Below, piece by piece: positions 35,881-49,300 of a stretch of 64,000 nucleotides of DNA. Numbering within the stretch: position 1 is the stretch's first letter; each line of letters begins with the position of its first letter. The notes under the pieces are model-generated. The model had not been told where the DNA came from and made no database searches. It saw only the letters and a program-made list of their open reading frames with translations. This DNA is from Vicugna vicugna (lineage: Eukaryota), in the NCBI GenBank assembly GCA_013265495.1, contig MU058781.1:2334158-2398157 (forward strand). Reading direction: 5' to 3'. The translations under genes and the position numbers were made by a program.

Positions 35881-36499
35881 ACAAGTCTGATCCAGTGTCT
35901 TCCTCAGATACGTAAGTGATAGAATTGTATTCCACAGACTTCTTGGCCAGGTGTAGGAAATAGATAACTGTGCTTTTGAAACAAATCATAAAATTGACAC
36001 AAAAGCAAGAAACATAAGTGAGCAATGATGGACTTTAAGCATCAAGATATCAGCTCTAAATCTCATTCAGCAAAAAAGCAGAGAAATTCCAGACTGGCTG
36101 CTGATCATTTTATGTCCCAGAAGGTAAACAAGGTAATCTAGATCTTTTTCAGATTCAGAGAAATTTACTGGTAAAGTGATGTGATGGGAACTTTAAGAGA
36201 AAGTGAATTCTTGGTAACCAGAGTGAGGAAGGTAGAAGATGGTCAAATGAAAGACTGATTTTAAAATTTCTAAGAAAAATATTAAGATATATCAACCAAA
36301 TGAAATACTAAACGGGGCAAGCAATTCAAGAGTTTTTGGATATTCTAGAATATTTTTGCCTGATTATACAATCACAATAGACATCAAGTAGTAAGAAAGA
36401 GAAAAGAGACCTGGAAAATAATGGTGACTCCCTAGGAAATTCTCAACATAATTTAGATTTAATAAAATATGTGTAGCCCTGGAAATAGTAACATAAAAT

Positions 36500-37010
36500 C
36501 AATAACCTATTCCCTTTCTCAGTAAATTTCCAACCATCCATCCAACTAATTGAGCCATAAACTAAGGATACTTATCCTAGGACCTTGTTTCTCACTCCCA
36601 TCCTATTCAGTCAGTTGCCAAGATCTTTCCATTCCTAAATGTATTCCATTTTTAAATGTGTCTCATTTTTGTCTCCGCTACCACTGTTTTAATTTAGCTC
36701 TTCACTATTTGTCTCTTGTTTTACTACAAGAGTCTCCTAACTTGCACCTGTACATCAGCCTCTAAACTTCTTCTAGAGCAATCTGTTTCATCTACAGATT
36801 TGATTATATCGCTTTCCTGCCTTGATAATAGTCAACAGATCTCTGCTGTGTATAGAAGAATACCAAACTCCGAAGCATGGTGTAAACAACAATTCTTTGG
36901 TTTTATTTCTAGACATGCTCATTCACAGACAGCCCTCTAGCTAAAGTCTCCAGTGCCTAAGACATAGTAGGTGTTTAATAAATACGGGTTGGATGGAGGA
37001 ATGAATTTGT
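36500..37010 (+). mobile_element. L2 LINE 3' portion
   Basis: Pyrimidine-rich L2 body (TTCAGTCAGTTGCCAAG, AGTCTCCTAACT) ending ACATAGTAGGTGTTTAATAAATACGGGTTGGATGGAGGAATGAAT. Confidence 0.7.
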
Positions 37011-37199
37011 ATGTGCATTTTGATACCTGAGGTAAGCAAAAGGCATATGCAGCTGCCTAATGAGTGAGTTTATTAGCCTAGGGGAATAATATCCCAGGAG
37101 AGGCAGAGAGAGCTTACTGAAGATTCACCTGAACCTATTGTCAATGTTCTTTGGGAAATAAACAGTAGAGCACAGAAAAAGTACAAGGAAATCAGATAA

Positions 37200-38230
37200 G
37201 ATAAGCACTATGGTTTTTAACGTATACTGGTTAGATTGATGTCAGTCTCAGAAACATTTAGGGATATCTTATGAAGATTTGGTAAAAGGAAGTTGTTTTC
37301 ACCAGGAATCACTCTAATAGTACTTCTTGTGAGGCAAGTTAACTAGTCTGGTGAATGAAAAGAATGAAATAGACACCATGCACCTAGATTTTAGTGATGA
37401 ATTTGACAAAGTTTCCACTCCTCCATCCTTGAGTGAGGTAGACACATAAAAGGTAGATGCAAGATGGCGGTATCATTAGACCAGTTGTCTTGATGCCAGT
37501 TATTTGGAAAGTAAGTTCCTAGTGGCCTGCCCTAGAATTTTGATCTCAGCCCTGTCTTGTTCAGTAGTTTATCCAACACTTGAAAGAAGATCCAGAAAGC
37601 ACATTGACTGAATTCACGGCTTATATCTGTGTCATCAAAATACTTTGCAAGCCAATGTAAGGATCCTGAAAGGACTCAGCAATAGGGAAAAATGGGATCA
37701 ATATTGTAAAATGAAATTTAACAAGAATATAAGGATTTGTATCTTCTTCCACAACAATATCTTTGTATAAGTTGAGGAAATTTGTGGCTGCATATATAAT
37801 CCTAGTTAACAGAGCGATCCAAGGCTTCCTTAATGGAAGTAAAGAATATGGGTTGGATGCTGGTGAATCACACCTGGAATATTGCTTTTGGCTCAAGTTG
37901 GCATCAGATTTTCAAGGTGGGGCAAAGGTGGAGGAGAGCAAGTAGAACAATGAAGGTGTTGCAACCATATCTAATGAATTTAAGTGGAAGGACCTGAAAT
38001 GAACAGCCTGTAGAAGGGATGGCCCAAGGGGCAAGGCCGCCATCTTACACATCAGAAAGTCTGTGTGTCTGAGCTCACAGGTAGTGCTGACACCAGTAGA
38101 TGAAAGTTACGTGAATACAATCCCATTTTATTATAAGCAAGGGATTTAAATAATCACAGCAATGATTGGAAAACCACTTAGAATATGGTGTTGATTCAAT
38201 CTTATGATTGGAGATTGGCCTGAATGAACT
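37200..38230 (+). mobile_element. CR1/L3 LINE remnant (RT region)
   Basis: CACCTAGATTTTAGTGATGAATTTGACAAAGTTTCC (LDF...FDKV motif), CAGCCCTGTCTTGTTCA, ATGAAATTTAACAAG, CACACCTGGAATATTG. Confidence 0.75.
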
Positions 38231-38280
38231 TCTCTAATGTGCCTCCTAACGTCCATTTGAAAAATATACCAGTAGCCATA

Positions 38281-38846
38281 TATGGTAAGTTGCAAAAAAG
38301 TGCCCTGATACTTCTCCCATTCTTTTATGCACACTCTTTTGCAGTATGATTTGGGAGCATCTCCCATCAAGAGTTTATTTCTCAACCTCTTGATTGGGCA
38401 TAGCTATAGACGTTCCTTTAACCAAAGCAGAGACTTGAAAAGTACTTGCCTGTCAGAGTTTTCTCTATTGCTGCCCCTGGGAATCCTGAAGTTGCCAGAA
38501 CCTGGGCTATCTTTTTATATATATATACATATAAAGCTCATATCTATATACATACACTATAAGCCTGGGCTATTTTGTTGGAGACACTTGGCCCAGTGAC
38601 ACTTCTCACTCCAGCCCACAGCGAGCACCAGTAAGCAAACAGGTGAGTAAGGCCCTCCTAGACTAAGCAGCCTCTCAACCACCTGCCCACTGACCAAAGG
38701 TGATTGAGTCAGCCCAGACAAGACCAGCATAACTGCTCTGCTGAGCCCAGTCCAGATTGCTGTGTCAGAATCGTTAGCTAATGAGTGGTGGTTGTTTTAA
38801 GCCACTAAGTTTTAGGAGGACTTAAAACACAGTAAAAACTGGTACA
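38281..38846 (+). mobile_element. MaLR solo LTR (MLT1H-like)
   Basis: CTCCCATCAAGAG, GCAGAGACTTGAAAAG, GCTGAGCCCAG...GTTGTTTTAAGCCACTAAGTTTT...AACTGGTACA; flanks CCATA / TCATA (degenerate 5-bp duplication). Confidence 0.85.
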
Positions 38847-40394
38847 TCATAGACTGTACTCTGTACTCTGTTTTTCCTGAAATATTTGTTTGTTTGTTTC
38901 ACAAAGTCTTTTCAAGAGGGAATCTGAGCAGTTCTTTTTTCAGTCCAAGCTGGAATCTACTTTTACCCTAATAGCGTAGAGAAAGTGGTGGATGGAGATA
39001 CGGTGGACGTGGTGGGAAATATGGGAGGACCAGAGAGAATTCTGTTGACCTAAATATTCTTAATAGTTATTTACAGACATGGATAATTGATTACATGGTT
39101 GAATGTACAAGTGACTGCATGAATGAAAACAATCACCAAAGACATGAACACACAGAATATGTTATGCTGAACCTTTGTGTTTCTTTCAGAAACATTTCCT
39201 ACTAACAGTAGAGTTAGATTTAAACTTTTGGTTATCAGGTCTTTAGATGGGTTATTATTCCTGATATTAATAACTCCACTTTGCATAACACATTTTGGTT
39301 TAAAAAACATTTTAAGTCCGTTGCTTCATATATTTATAGTCAGTATTTCACACCTAGAATGTTAGAGGTGTGTAAAACAGATGCATTTTACTTGGGGTTT
39401 CCAGAGAGAATCAAGTTCCTTCTATTTCACTGCAGCAGGGCTGAGCAAGTGTGAAGGAGAGGAGGGAGCAGGGTTAAAAGGTAGAAGTGAATCTCCCTCC
39501 CCACCCCACCGCCCCCCTCCCCTGCAGGGGAAGTAAGCTGCTCTCCCTTCCGTGGCTTGCAGAAGACAGCTGATGGGTTCTCAAACAGCTCTAGTTTGAA
39601 AGCCCAATATGAAACACACTAGTTCCTTTGCTTGCTTTCCTGGTGCAAGAGCATCTCAAGGAAATGTTATTTATGTAGTTTTAGGAATATTTCTGGATTT
39701 TCTCCACGAGGCTTCATTTGAAGCTACTCTCTATTATGAAAGAAGCAGCGTAACCTTTGCTGCTTCTTCATCTCAAGTTTTCTATTGAATTTTCTATTTT
39801 CTGAGCCCAGAGAAAGGAAAGGACACCCTTTCCCTTTCTTATAGGTTAGGCAGGGCAGAGGCCTGAAAACGGATTCTTTGGAGTTTATCAAAGCCTTGAA
39901 CTTCTGTCAGGCACACCCTCCTTTCATTTTATGTTAGCTTTCTTCCTTACTTTGCTTCTCATCTTTGTCCTGCCATTAGCAACATGCTTTATGTGTTTCT
40001 CTACTCTGTTGGGGGATATACATATTCCTTGTTTATCCCTCCTCTAAATAAGAGTCTCTAAATATTAAGAAATGCTGGCCAAAGAAGAGACTTTTAATCT
40101 TGATTCCTGGGTTGGTGGGTTTTTTCCCCATTATAAGCTTTGGACACATGTTCCTTCAGGAAGCTCAGGAGCTTTATCCTCCTGTAGACCTGCAGGCCCC
40201 TGAGACTGACTGGCTGATTGATGAATTGATTGAACAACTGACTTAGTAGATAGCTTTATGGAAGTGTTATTGAAATACTATTAAATGGAACAATTTTACT
40301 CCTAATCCCACCACCCCACAAATTAAACAATATCCATCTTCCATGAGGCTCTGTAATAGTGATTTTTCAGGACTACATGTTGTTAAAGAGACCA

Positions 40395-40540
40395 GATATA
40401 TACACATATACATACGTGTGTGTGTGTACTATGTATATATATGTATATATATATTTAAAAAGTATAATATGTATTACACATATAAAATATGTGCAGATAC
40501 ATTCATTTATATGCACATACATTTACTTATTTATATATAA
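40395..40540. repeat. Degenerate (TA)n/(CA)n/(TG)n low-complexity tract
   Basis: Read directly from the sequence. Confidence 0.85.
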
Positions 40541-41461
40541 GGATCTAACGCCATTTAAAAACTTAATGTAGAAAAACACTTTGGACTTACAAATAGCCAT
40601 TTTCACTTAAAATTCCCTTTCTTTCACTAGAAACTTACTACATTTTATTACATTCTCACCACCCCTAGATCCCCGTAGAGGAAAGAGAGATTGGGTCAGT
40701 GTTAAAATAACAGAAAATTCCTTTTATAGGCAACTTAGGCAACATTCCACTGTCCATATAGTAAACAGAAGTAAGAAATGTCAGTATTAGGCCACAATCA
40801 AAAAATTCAAATACTTTTTTGGAAACTGTCTTTTTCAGCCTCCTTGTTAGACTGAGTAATTCATTTACCTTCCAAACATTTGGCACTAGATTATCTTTCA
40901 GGGCATAAGTTATGACCATTAAACAAATTTATCCAGGCAAAAATGTGCAGCAAAAGAGATTCAACACATTCTAAAGTTCAGTGTCTCTTTTTTAAGGCAG
41001 CCACTCCTATCAGCAAAAATAGAAGTTAGGGAGCGCCAACCAGAGCATCCTGCTGACGGAATTGTCTTTACAAATAGTTGTTCTGTTTTCAAAGTAAGAA
41101 TATGTTTTTTCAAATCATGTTTAGACATTATGTAGCATAAAGACATGAACAGAGAAATAAATTGCTGTATTTGTGTTATTAGTAACACAAGGCTAAGATT
41201 AATAATCTTCTCAGAAAATTATTTCTCATGCCACACACAGAATTTTACTTTGTATATTTCAGTATTGCTATCTGATGGTCCCAGTGGTTCACTGTATTTA
41301 TACAAAGATTCTTTGCTTCTTTCCAGAGCCCGAAATGTTTATATTTTAACACATACTCTGCAAAGACTTCAGTTTGAAAAGCAGAATGTATTTTAGAAAA
41401 CTTGTTATGTATTTTCCAGAGTTATTTACTAAAAAATGTTTTCTATTAAATCTGTGTAGAA

Positions 41462-41664
41462 CAATGGTCCCCAACTGGGGTCAGTTTTCCACCCCAGAGG
41501 GGGACAGTTGGTGGTGTCTGAAAGACAGTTGTCAATCTCACAACTGGCATCTAGTGAGTAAGGCCAGGGGCATTGCAAAACATTCTGTAATACCCGGGAC
41601 AGCCTCCCACAGAAAACAGTTACCCGGTTCCAAATTGCAGTAGTGCCAAGGCTGAGAGACCCTG
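41462..41664 (+). mobile_element. hAT-Charlie MER20
   Basis: CAATGGTCCCCAACTGGGG...CTGGCATCTAGTGAGTAAGGCCAGGG...GTAGTGCCAAGGCTGAGAGACCCTG, near full length. Confidence 0.9.
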
Positions 41665-42769
41665 ATAAAGAGTATCTTGGTTATGTATCACAACACTATG
41701 TTTTATTCTGTTCAACAGAGAATTCCACCCATAATAGACCAGAACAATTACCAATGGCCTTTCGACTTATGATCCTTTTGTTCTGAATACACAACATCCC
41801 CCCATTTCTGTGTGTGTCTAGTCAAAGAACTGACCACCAGTTTGAGTGGGAGACTCTAGCTCATATTACTTATGGCTCAAAAAGCTCAATATGATAAGAG
41901 AGAATTTGGTGCTTTCCTTGTTAGTCATGGCAACTTTCCTGACTGCTATGGAGAAATGAGGCAAGGAAATATGTCTTCAGTTGATATGATGGGAAAGGAA
42001 TTTGATATCTTTTAAAAAATACTTATTATTTACTCTACCACTGGTTTGCAACATGGCCTTAGGGAAATCCCTGGCTTAAAAATATTATGAGTCATAATAA
42101 ATTCTTGATGATCTGTCTCATGTTGAGGGCACATGGTCTTGCCTCTATCAATTTATTATTTCATTTGCTTTTTAAAAATAAGCTATGAATTCTTTACATA
42201 TCTGTATCTATAGCTATATAAATATATATTTTAGCCTACCTTTTCCCTCTACTAACAAGGAAGTTTTGATTAGAGGATGAACCCCAAATTCTACTCTTGC
42301 TTCCTCCAGAAAATCCTATTTCCACTACTTCTACTTCATTCCTACCCTTAGGGCCCTACAAAAGAAGTGATTTGCTTGAGGTATAGTCAGAGAGGGGTTG
42401 GTCCCATGAGGGTGTAACTATTCAAGTAGTTCTCATTTTTTTAAATAGTAGAACTTGTAAATATGAACTCATCAACTTACTAATCATTATTGATATGAAC
42501 ACCAAAATTTCAAGGCAACAACTATTCAACTTTCTAAATCTAAAATCAAAGTGTTCTATGTTTTTGACCAGAAGTAATCTTAAGTGTGGCCTTCGGGTTT
42601 ATTTTAAGTCACTAAGAGTATAGCACAGTGGAGAAAACAGGCAGTGACCTGGGGCAGATTGGTTTATCTCTCTAAACCTAATTTGTAAGTTGAGAATGAT
42701 AGTCATACTTCACATAGTTGTTTTGAGTTGGAAAAAGGTAGAAGTCTTCATATGAAAACTGTCTACTGA

Positions 42770-43160
42770 GGGTTAAGCAGTTGGATGAACAATAGCAAAA
42801 ATCTACCCCTGGATCCAAATTGATAAGCAATGTCAGAATTCCAAAGAACTAATAGAAAAGCCTAAAAACTTCCCAAGACAGGAAGGAAAACTGGCCACAT
42901 GCCAAGAGATGAAAATCAAATTGGTATCAGACTTTCCATTAGCAACACTAGGGGCTCTAAAAGGCGAGGGGGCAAAACATTCAAAGTTCTAATGGAAACT
43001 GACTTTGGTCCTTGAATTCTCTACCCAGCCAAATAATCATTAAAGTACAATGGTCAAATAAAAACATTTCCTGATATGCAGTGACACAAAAAATGCACTA
43101 CTCATACATCTCAGATGAAAATACTATCTGAGGGGATACTCCAGAAATAAAGGTATTTTC
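42770..43160 (+). mobile_element. Ancient L1/HAL1 ORF1 remnant
   Basis: AAAATCAAATTGGTATCAGACTTTCCATTAGCAACACTAG, TGAATTCTCTACCCAGCCAAATAATCATT and AATAAAAACATTTCCTGATATGCA match ORF1 C-terminal motifs (ILYPAKL...IKTF.D). Confidence 0.7.
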
Positions 43161-43984
43161 AAAAAAGAATAACATGAGACATAAGACAGTAACAATGAAA
43201 TGTGACCTAGACAAGGTGAGCGAGGCTGGAAACAAATTTTAAAAGAATCAAATAGTTGTCCATTGGACATTCTCTTCAGAGCAGCAAAATTAGTGGCACA
43301 GGATCTCCTTTAGAATAAATATCTAACAAAGCATGTGATTAATTAATTAATTAAAGGTTACTAATTGAATTAAAATGTTACAAACTTCGGCAATAAAAGA
43401 TATATGACTAATCAAAAGATAGTCATGAAATAGTGCATGTAAGCAAGATAGTATGTTGAAGCAAAAGCCTTAATTTTCACAATAGATGTCAATAGCTACT
43501 GTCCAAAAAAGGTAATTCAAGAAATACAGAATTACAGAACTTGATACAAATCCCTTTTAACTATTATTCTTGATATTTTCCTGGAGGCATTATGAAAAAT
43601 AAGTTAGTATTAAGATAACTTCTGAATACTAAACCAAAAATGAAGAGAAAGTTGAAATTATTATAGATAATAATGATGTTGATCTTGAAGACTCCGTATC
43701 TTCATTATCCATTCATGACTAAATCCCTCTTACAAGTTTCCTACTAACTGATCTTTTAGCCTGTTTTTAATCATCCCTGGTAAACAACAGCTCAGGTCTT
43801 CATTATATTGACTGAAACATTTTCTTACTTCATGTAAGGAAAGTTTTCCTAAGGGTCAATGAGATTTCTGTGGATGTATTTCATTTTACAAAGATTAGGA
43901 TGGAAGGCTAGCCAGTACTATCTACTCATTTACAGAAGACTTGTATCTTTTTTATATAATGCTTTTATTCTAATAACAAAATAA

Positions 43985-44770
43985 AAAATAACCTTTATTT
44001 TTAACAACTCTCCATTTTCCCCTCCCCTCAGACCCTGTCAGTCTCCATTCTACTTTCTGTTTTTATGAGTTTAACTACTTTAGATACCCCATATAAATGG
44101 AATCAGACAGTGTTTGTCTGTTTGTAACAGCTTATTTCACTTAACCTTATGTCCTCAAGGTTCATCCAATATGTCGTATATGACAGGATTGTCTTCCCTT
44201 TTAAAAGCTGAATAGTATTCCATTGTATATATATATATATATATATATACCATATTTTGTTTATTCTTTTGTCTGTCAGTAGACATCAAAGTCATTCCCA
44301 CCTCTTGACTATTGTGAATAATGCTGCAATGAAAATGGGTGTGCAAATATCTCTTACAGATCCTTTCAGTTCTTTTTAGTATATACCTAGAAGTAGGTTT
44401 CTGGGTCATATGATAATTCTTGTTTAATTTTTTGAGGAACTAACATACTGTTTTCCATAATGGTTGCACCAGTTTGCATTCCCATCACCTGTGCACAAGC
44501 ATTCTGTCTCACCAACATTTGTTATTTTATGAGTGTTTTTTTATGTATAGTCTTTCTGATGAGTGTGTGATGATATCATTGGTTTGATTTGCATTTCTCT
44601 AGTGATTAGTGATGTTTTTACATGCTGCTGGCCATTTGAATATCTTCTTTGGAGAAATGCCTTAAAGTCCCTTGCCAATTTTTGAAATCAGATTGTTTTG
44701 TTGTTGTTTTTGAGTTGTAGGGGTTCTCTGTATATTCTATGTGTTAATTCCTTATAAGATATTTGAAGAT
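43985..44770 (-). mobile_element. LINE-1 ORF2 end and 3' UTR (L1MA-type)
   Basis: CCATTCTACTTTCTGTTTTTATGAGTTT, GCTGAATAGTATTCCATTGTATAT, GAATAATGCTGCAATGAA, TTGATTTGCATTTCTCT; decayed minus ORF 44155-44409 (TMEYYSAFK). Confidence 0.9.
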
Positions 44771-45277
44771 TTGAGTTGCCTAAAGTGTACATTCCCAGCT
44801 GAGGTTGAACAAGGCAGTGCTCTGCCATCTTGTTTCAGTTCTCAGACTGTAAACAAATGTCCTTTTCATTGTTTATTTAGTGCCATGTTTTTCACATTTT
44901 TATGCAATTTGGTAATTTCACTATTTCAAATGGCTTCCAAGCATAGTGGTGAAGTGCTGTCTATTGTTCCTCGGTGCAAGAAGGCTGTGATGGGCCTCTA
45001 AAAAGTGTGTAAGATGAACTTCTTTCAGGCATGAGTTATAGGGCTGTTCAATGTTAATAAAACGTCAACAAAATATGTTAAATAAAGTGTCTTTAAACAG
45101 AAACACACATAAAACAAAGTTATATATTGATTGGTTGATGAAAATGTTGTAACCAGAGGCTCACAGGTACCTAACCATCTATTTCCCTTAGGGCAATAGT
45201 TTGGTATTCACTAACTCAGTGTTCTAGGAGACTTCATAGGACAAAAAACTATCACAAATAATGAGAATCGATGGTAC
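44771..45277 (+). mobile_element. TcMar-Tigger MER82-like, 5'-truncated
   Basis: TTCCCAGCTGAGGTTGAACAAGGC...GTAAACAAATGTCCTTTTC...GCAAGAAGGCTGTGATG...AAATAATGAGAATCGATGGTA. Confidence 0.85.
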
Positions 45278-46984
45278 TAACCTCCTACCCTAATAAATAC
45301 CCATTCATAATGACATAATGAAAGAAGATGTGCAAAGCAATGGTTTTTAAATACCTAAGAATTCTTATTTAAAATATCAAAAGAAATATCAAAGAAAACA
45401 AAATTCATATTATTGTGGATATCTTGATGTCCTACAGATAGGCTGGCAATGTTTGGATAAGCAGTAAAGACATATATAATTTGTGCATTATTATATATCT
45501 ACTCTGTATGGTTTTTTTTTTCTTGACTTCATTTTAGCAAAGACACCAATAATGTTGTTACAATAAAGATATTCATATAATTTGTTCTATGATCAGGAAT
45601 AAACCAAAGGATTAAAACTGTATTAAAAATTAAATGTGTGTAGTATATGCAAAATATCAATATATTTTATCTAAAAACAAATTAAAATAAATTTTTAAGT
45701 AGAAAAATTAAAATTATTTTCATATGTTATATTATTTTTCTTCTAAAATAATTTAAATTATCTGCCAAAATTAAAAGAAAATAAAACATGATTTATAAAA
45801 CCTAAATCAATAATAAAAATTATTTAAATAGAAATTATGATTAATCAATAACAATTTTTAAAATAAAAAGTATTTAAATAAACTTGACCTTTTAAATATA
45901 TTAAGTATTTTTATAAAAACTACTTATAATTCTAGCTTTCAGTATTCATCCAAGTTGCCAGCGTAAAGAGTTGATAGCACCCAGGTTACATCTAGACCTA
46001 CATAAATTTATACCTATTTCTGTATAAATAAATATGAACTGTTCAACATAGCAGAATGTCTTATAGCCACTATGTGCAACTGCTTAAAAGGCTTTGCTAA
46101 TTCCTGAGTGCTTCGAGAACCACAAATTGGAGCAGGAAGAGAAGTAAGAAAATGGATACTGGGCAACCCCGGGAAGCAATGTTTTATTGTCCAAGAATAG
46201 AAGAATTTGACAAGTTCATTAATTTGTCTTTTCTCTCCTCCAAATGATTCCACCACTTAAACTCTCCCTACACTCCGAAGCCGTATTTGTCTCTGTCAAT
46301 AGCAGGGCATCCCCCAAATCACCTCAGCAGTCGGATACACCTACCTACTGCTTCAAGGACGTATGACGGAGCTATTTCCCTGAGACATGATCAGTGTTAG
46401 TCACAGAAAGGGATCTTTAGGGTTATGGGTCAACCTGTGGCAAATCTGAGGATGGAATCTGAGCCCTGCATCAAAGGCAGGCCTGGTTAGTCCTAGTGAA
46501 GGTGAGAACAGCTGTACTGCGGAGCAAGATCCTGCTCTAAGTGGAACATAGCGCACATTCGATCATTGACTGGACACAGCTGCACAGAGATCTGATGGCA
46601 GTGGGCCTGGCTCACTACATGTAAGGCACCTGCCTGATTAGGCTACAGCCCCAGTCTGAATTAAACCTTTTCTCCTGGTTGAAGCTGAATTTCCTGCTTT
46701 CAACAAAGGAGGAGACACCTGCTGCCTTGGGTACAGGATGAGGTCAAATGTGTCATGAAGTGTTTAACACTGTCCTTACGACTCTTGGAGGGCATCTAAC
46801 CATGGGTTGGTTCCTGCTCCACTGACTGACAAAGATCCATTGCCTCTTCCCACTTTCTGTCTTAAAGCAACACTTTTCTTTTTTATAACTGACTTCCTTA
46901 CTCATTCCACCTTGGACAACCAATTCCTTATTTTCTAAATTTAGCATCATGTTCTCTCTCTGAGGGTTAATCATAATAATAACA

Positions 46985-47240
46985 AGAATGACAACAGTGA
47001 GGGTTAGCATTTATCAAATGCTTACTAAGTGTCAGGCATGGTTCCAAGCACTTTAAATGTGTGAACTAATTTGTCCTCACAGCAAGCCTGTGAGATGGAT
47101 ACAGCTTTTGTTGTTGTTGTTTTTACAGTTTTAACTGAAGAGAAAGAAACTGAGGCACAAGATGTTAAGTAATCTGCCAAAGTAGGGTCACACAGGCAGT
47201 CAGACTCTAGTTCAAGTTCTTATCCAGTTCACTGTGTGAT
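46985..47240 (-). mobile_element. MIR SINE
   Basis: AGCATTTATCAAATGCTTACTAAGTGTCAGGCA...GAAACTGAGGCACAAGATGTTAAGTAATCTGCC. Confidence 0.8.
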
Positions 47241-49227
47241 ACTACAGGGGATGGAGAAATTGTGCTTTTTACCAATGGTAGGCATGCTGGGCTTATTGTC
47301 CAGGAAAAATAAATATTTTTAAAAATTAGTACAAGAAAAAGCACTCATTACTTTTACTTCTGAAAGATAATGCTGTCATTGATACCATTAATACCAGAGC
47401 TGCCTAGTATCTAGAACCCATTTTGACATGTGGACAGAGAAAAGGGAGAAGCCCATGTAACTCCATGCAGTCACTGGCTGAAAATCTGCTAAGAACCCAC
47501 AAACTTAAACGGTATGTTTACAATGTCCCCAAGTGTCACAGCCTGTAAGGCAGGAAGCAGTTAAATCATTTCCCCCCAAGGTCACCTTGAATGTCGCGGG
47601 AAGAGTTGGGCACAGAGCCCAGGCCTCTGGCTCCTCTCGCTGAGTCTCAGGAAGCTAACCATACTCTGACATTTAATCGGTGAGACATTTTGTTTGTGTT
47701 TAGCCTTCCCTTGCAACATTTGCAACCCAAACACTATAGCATGGAGCCGGTGCTTGAAACACTGGGAAGAAAATCTGATCTGAAGCCAAAGTGCCAGCCC
47801 TAAATGCAGGGAGAATGAAGTTAAATCTAGCCAGGTTCAATAAAAGGTGGCATAAAATATAATCTTCAATGTTTTCTCTACCTAAGCACCAATATTAACA
47901 CAGGTCAAATAACATTATGATAGATACCATCGTCGTAAGAAGGTTCTTGATCTTCAGGCCTCTCATTTCAAGCAATATTCAGTGCAGCCAGACTTTAGGA
48001 CATTGTCTGAGAATTGGCTGCAGTGGGATTTGTCCTGTATGCTAATGGGGTTGCCAGCACACATCTTAAAGAGCTTAAAGGTAGACACTAGAAGGAGGAC
48101 TTTCTATTAATAGGGGGGAGAACTAGATGGTCTATTTTCCACAAGTCTCATTGCTGGACCAAGTATAAAGCAAGAGAGCTGTTATGAAGAAGTGGAATTA
48201 TGGGCCTGGGGCTGCATCTGGTTCAGCTTCTCTACAACCATGGAACAGTCTACATCTTACTAGTTCTGGGTTGAAAACAGACTGAAAAAAGTTTACAAAT
48301 TTAAAAGCAGCTTAATTTCCCCTTGTTTCTACAGCTCCCCCATCTTCACCATGAGAGATGATCCCAACAGTACAGTTTTCAGAAGAGCTTTTCCCTGTTG
48401 CTCTCACTGTTCATTGGCCACGTGGGCCTCTTTGCCTTCACAGAAAGAGTCCATCTTATGCACCATCAAGAGCACAAGAGGATTCCTGAAGATACTGAGA
48501 GGCTCTGGTTCTGTCTCACAGTGGAGTCTTGCTGTTGCTCTCCTTTGCTCCCACATCTGCCAGGTTCCTGACTTTTATCCCAGGGGCTTTGCCTGCATTC
48601 TTCAGCACTGCCACACTAGCCTTTGGACCCAGGATATGCCTCCTTTGGTCTGTGAAAACTGCCTTTATCTTCCCAATTCCTGAAAGACCCCGGTGGTCTT
48701 ACTCATCTAATTTTGAGTGAATGCATCTTCTGTATGTGAAGTGCCAGACTGGGTCACCTTGCTTTATTCTGTCCAGTCACTTGACACAGTACAGTAATGT
48801 TAAGTAGAAACCACTGTACAAGGATGGAACCAAAAACTCAGCAATCCCTTTTCAACACATGGTGCCCATCTTGTACCAGATTTGTTTGCCTGATGCCACA
48901 GTGCTCACCAGTTTGTTGTCCCATTAAATTAAAGCCATGCTTTACACTGTCCCTCTAGAACTCTTGTAGTCCTCTTAGAGATTGTTTGGCCTTCCTTGGA
49001 TCACTCTAATTTGATTCTCTATGTACTCTCTGTTTAATGCAGGAGTCAGTCTGTAAGTCTCCAGAAGGACATAGTGTTTTTCACTTGTTTTCCACTCACA
49101 ACACAGCATGGAAAATTTGCTGCTCAAAAGTAACAATAAGGTAATAGCTTTTTATTTTGTATTAGCCATGTGACTCTCACCTTTATTAAATAAGACACCC
49201 AAATTGTTCACTCTGGGGATGTACCTC

Positions 49228-49300
49228 ATTTCTTTCTTTTCTCTCTTTCTTTCCTTCTCTCTCTCTTCTTTACTCCCTCCCTTTCTTCCTTTCCTTTCTT
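49228..49300. repeat. Polypyrimidine (TTTC/CT) low-complexity tract
   Basis: Read directly from the sequence. Confidence 0.85.
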
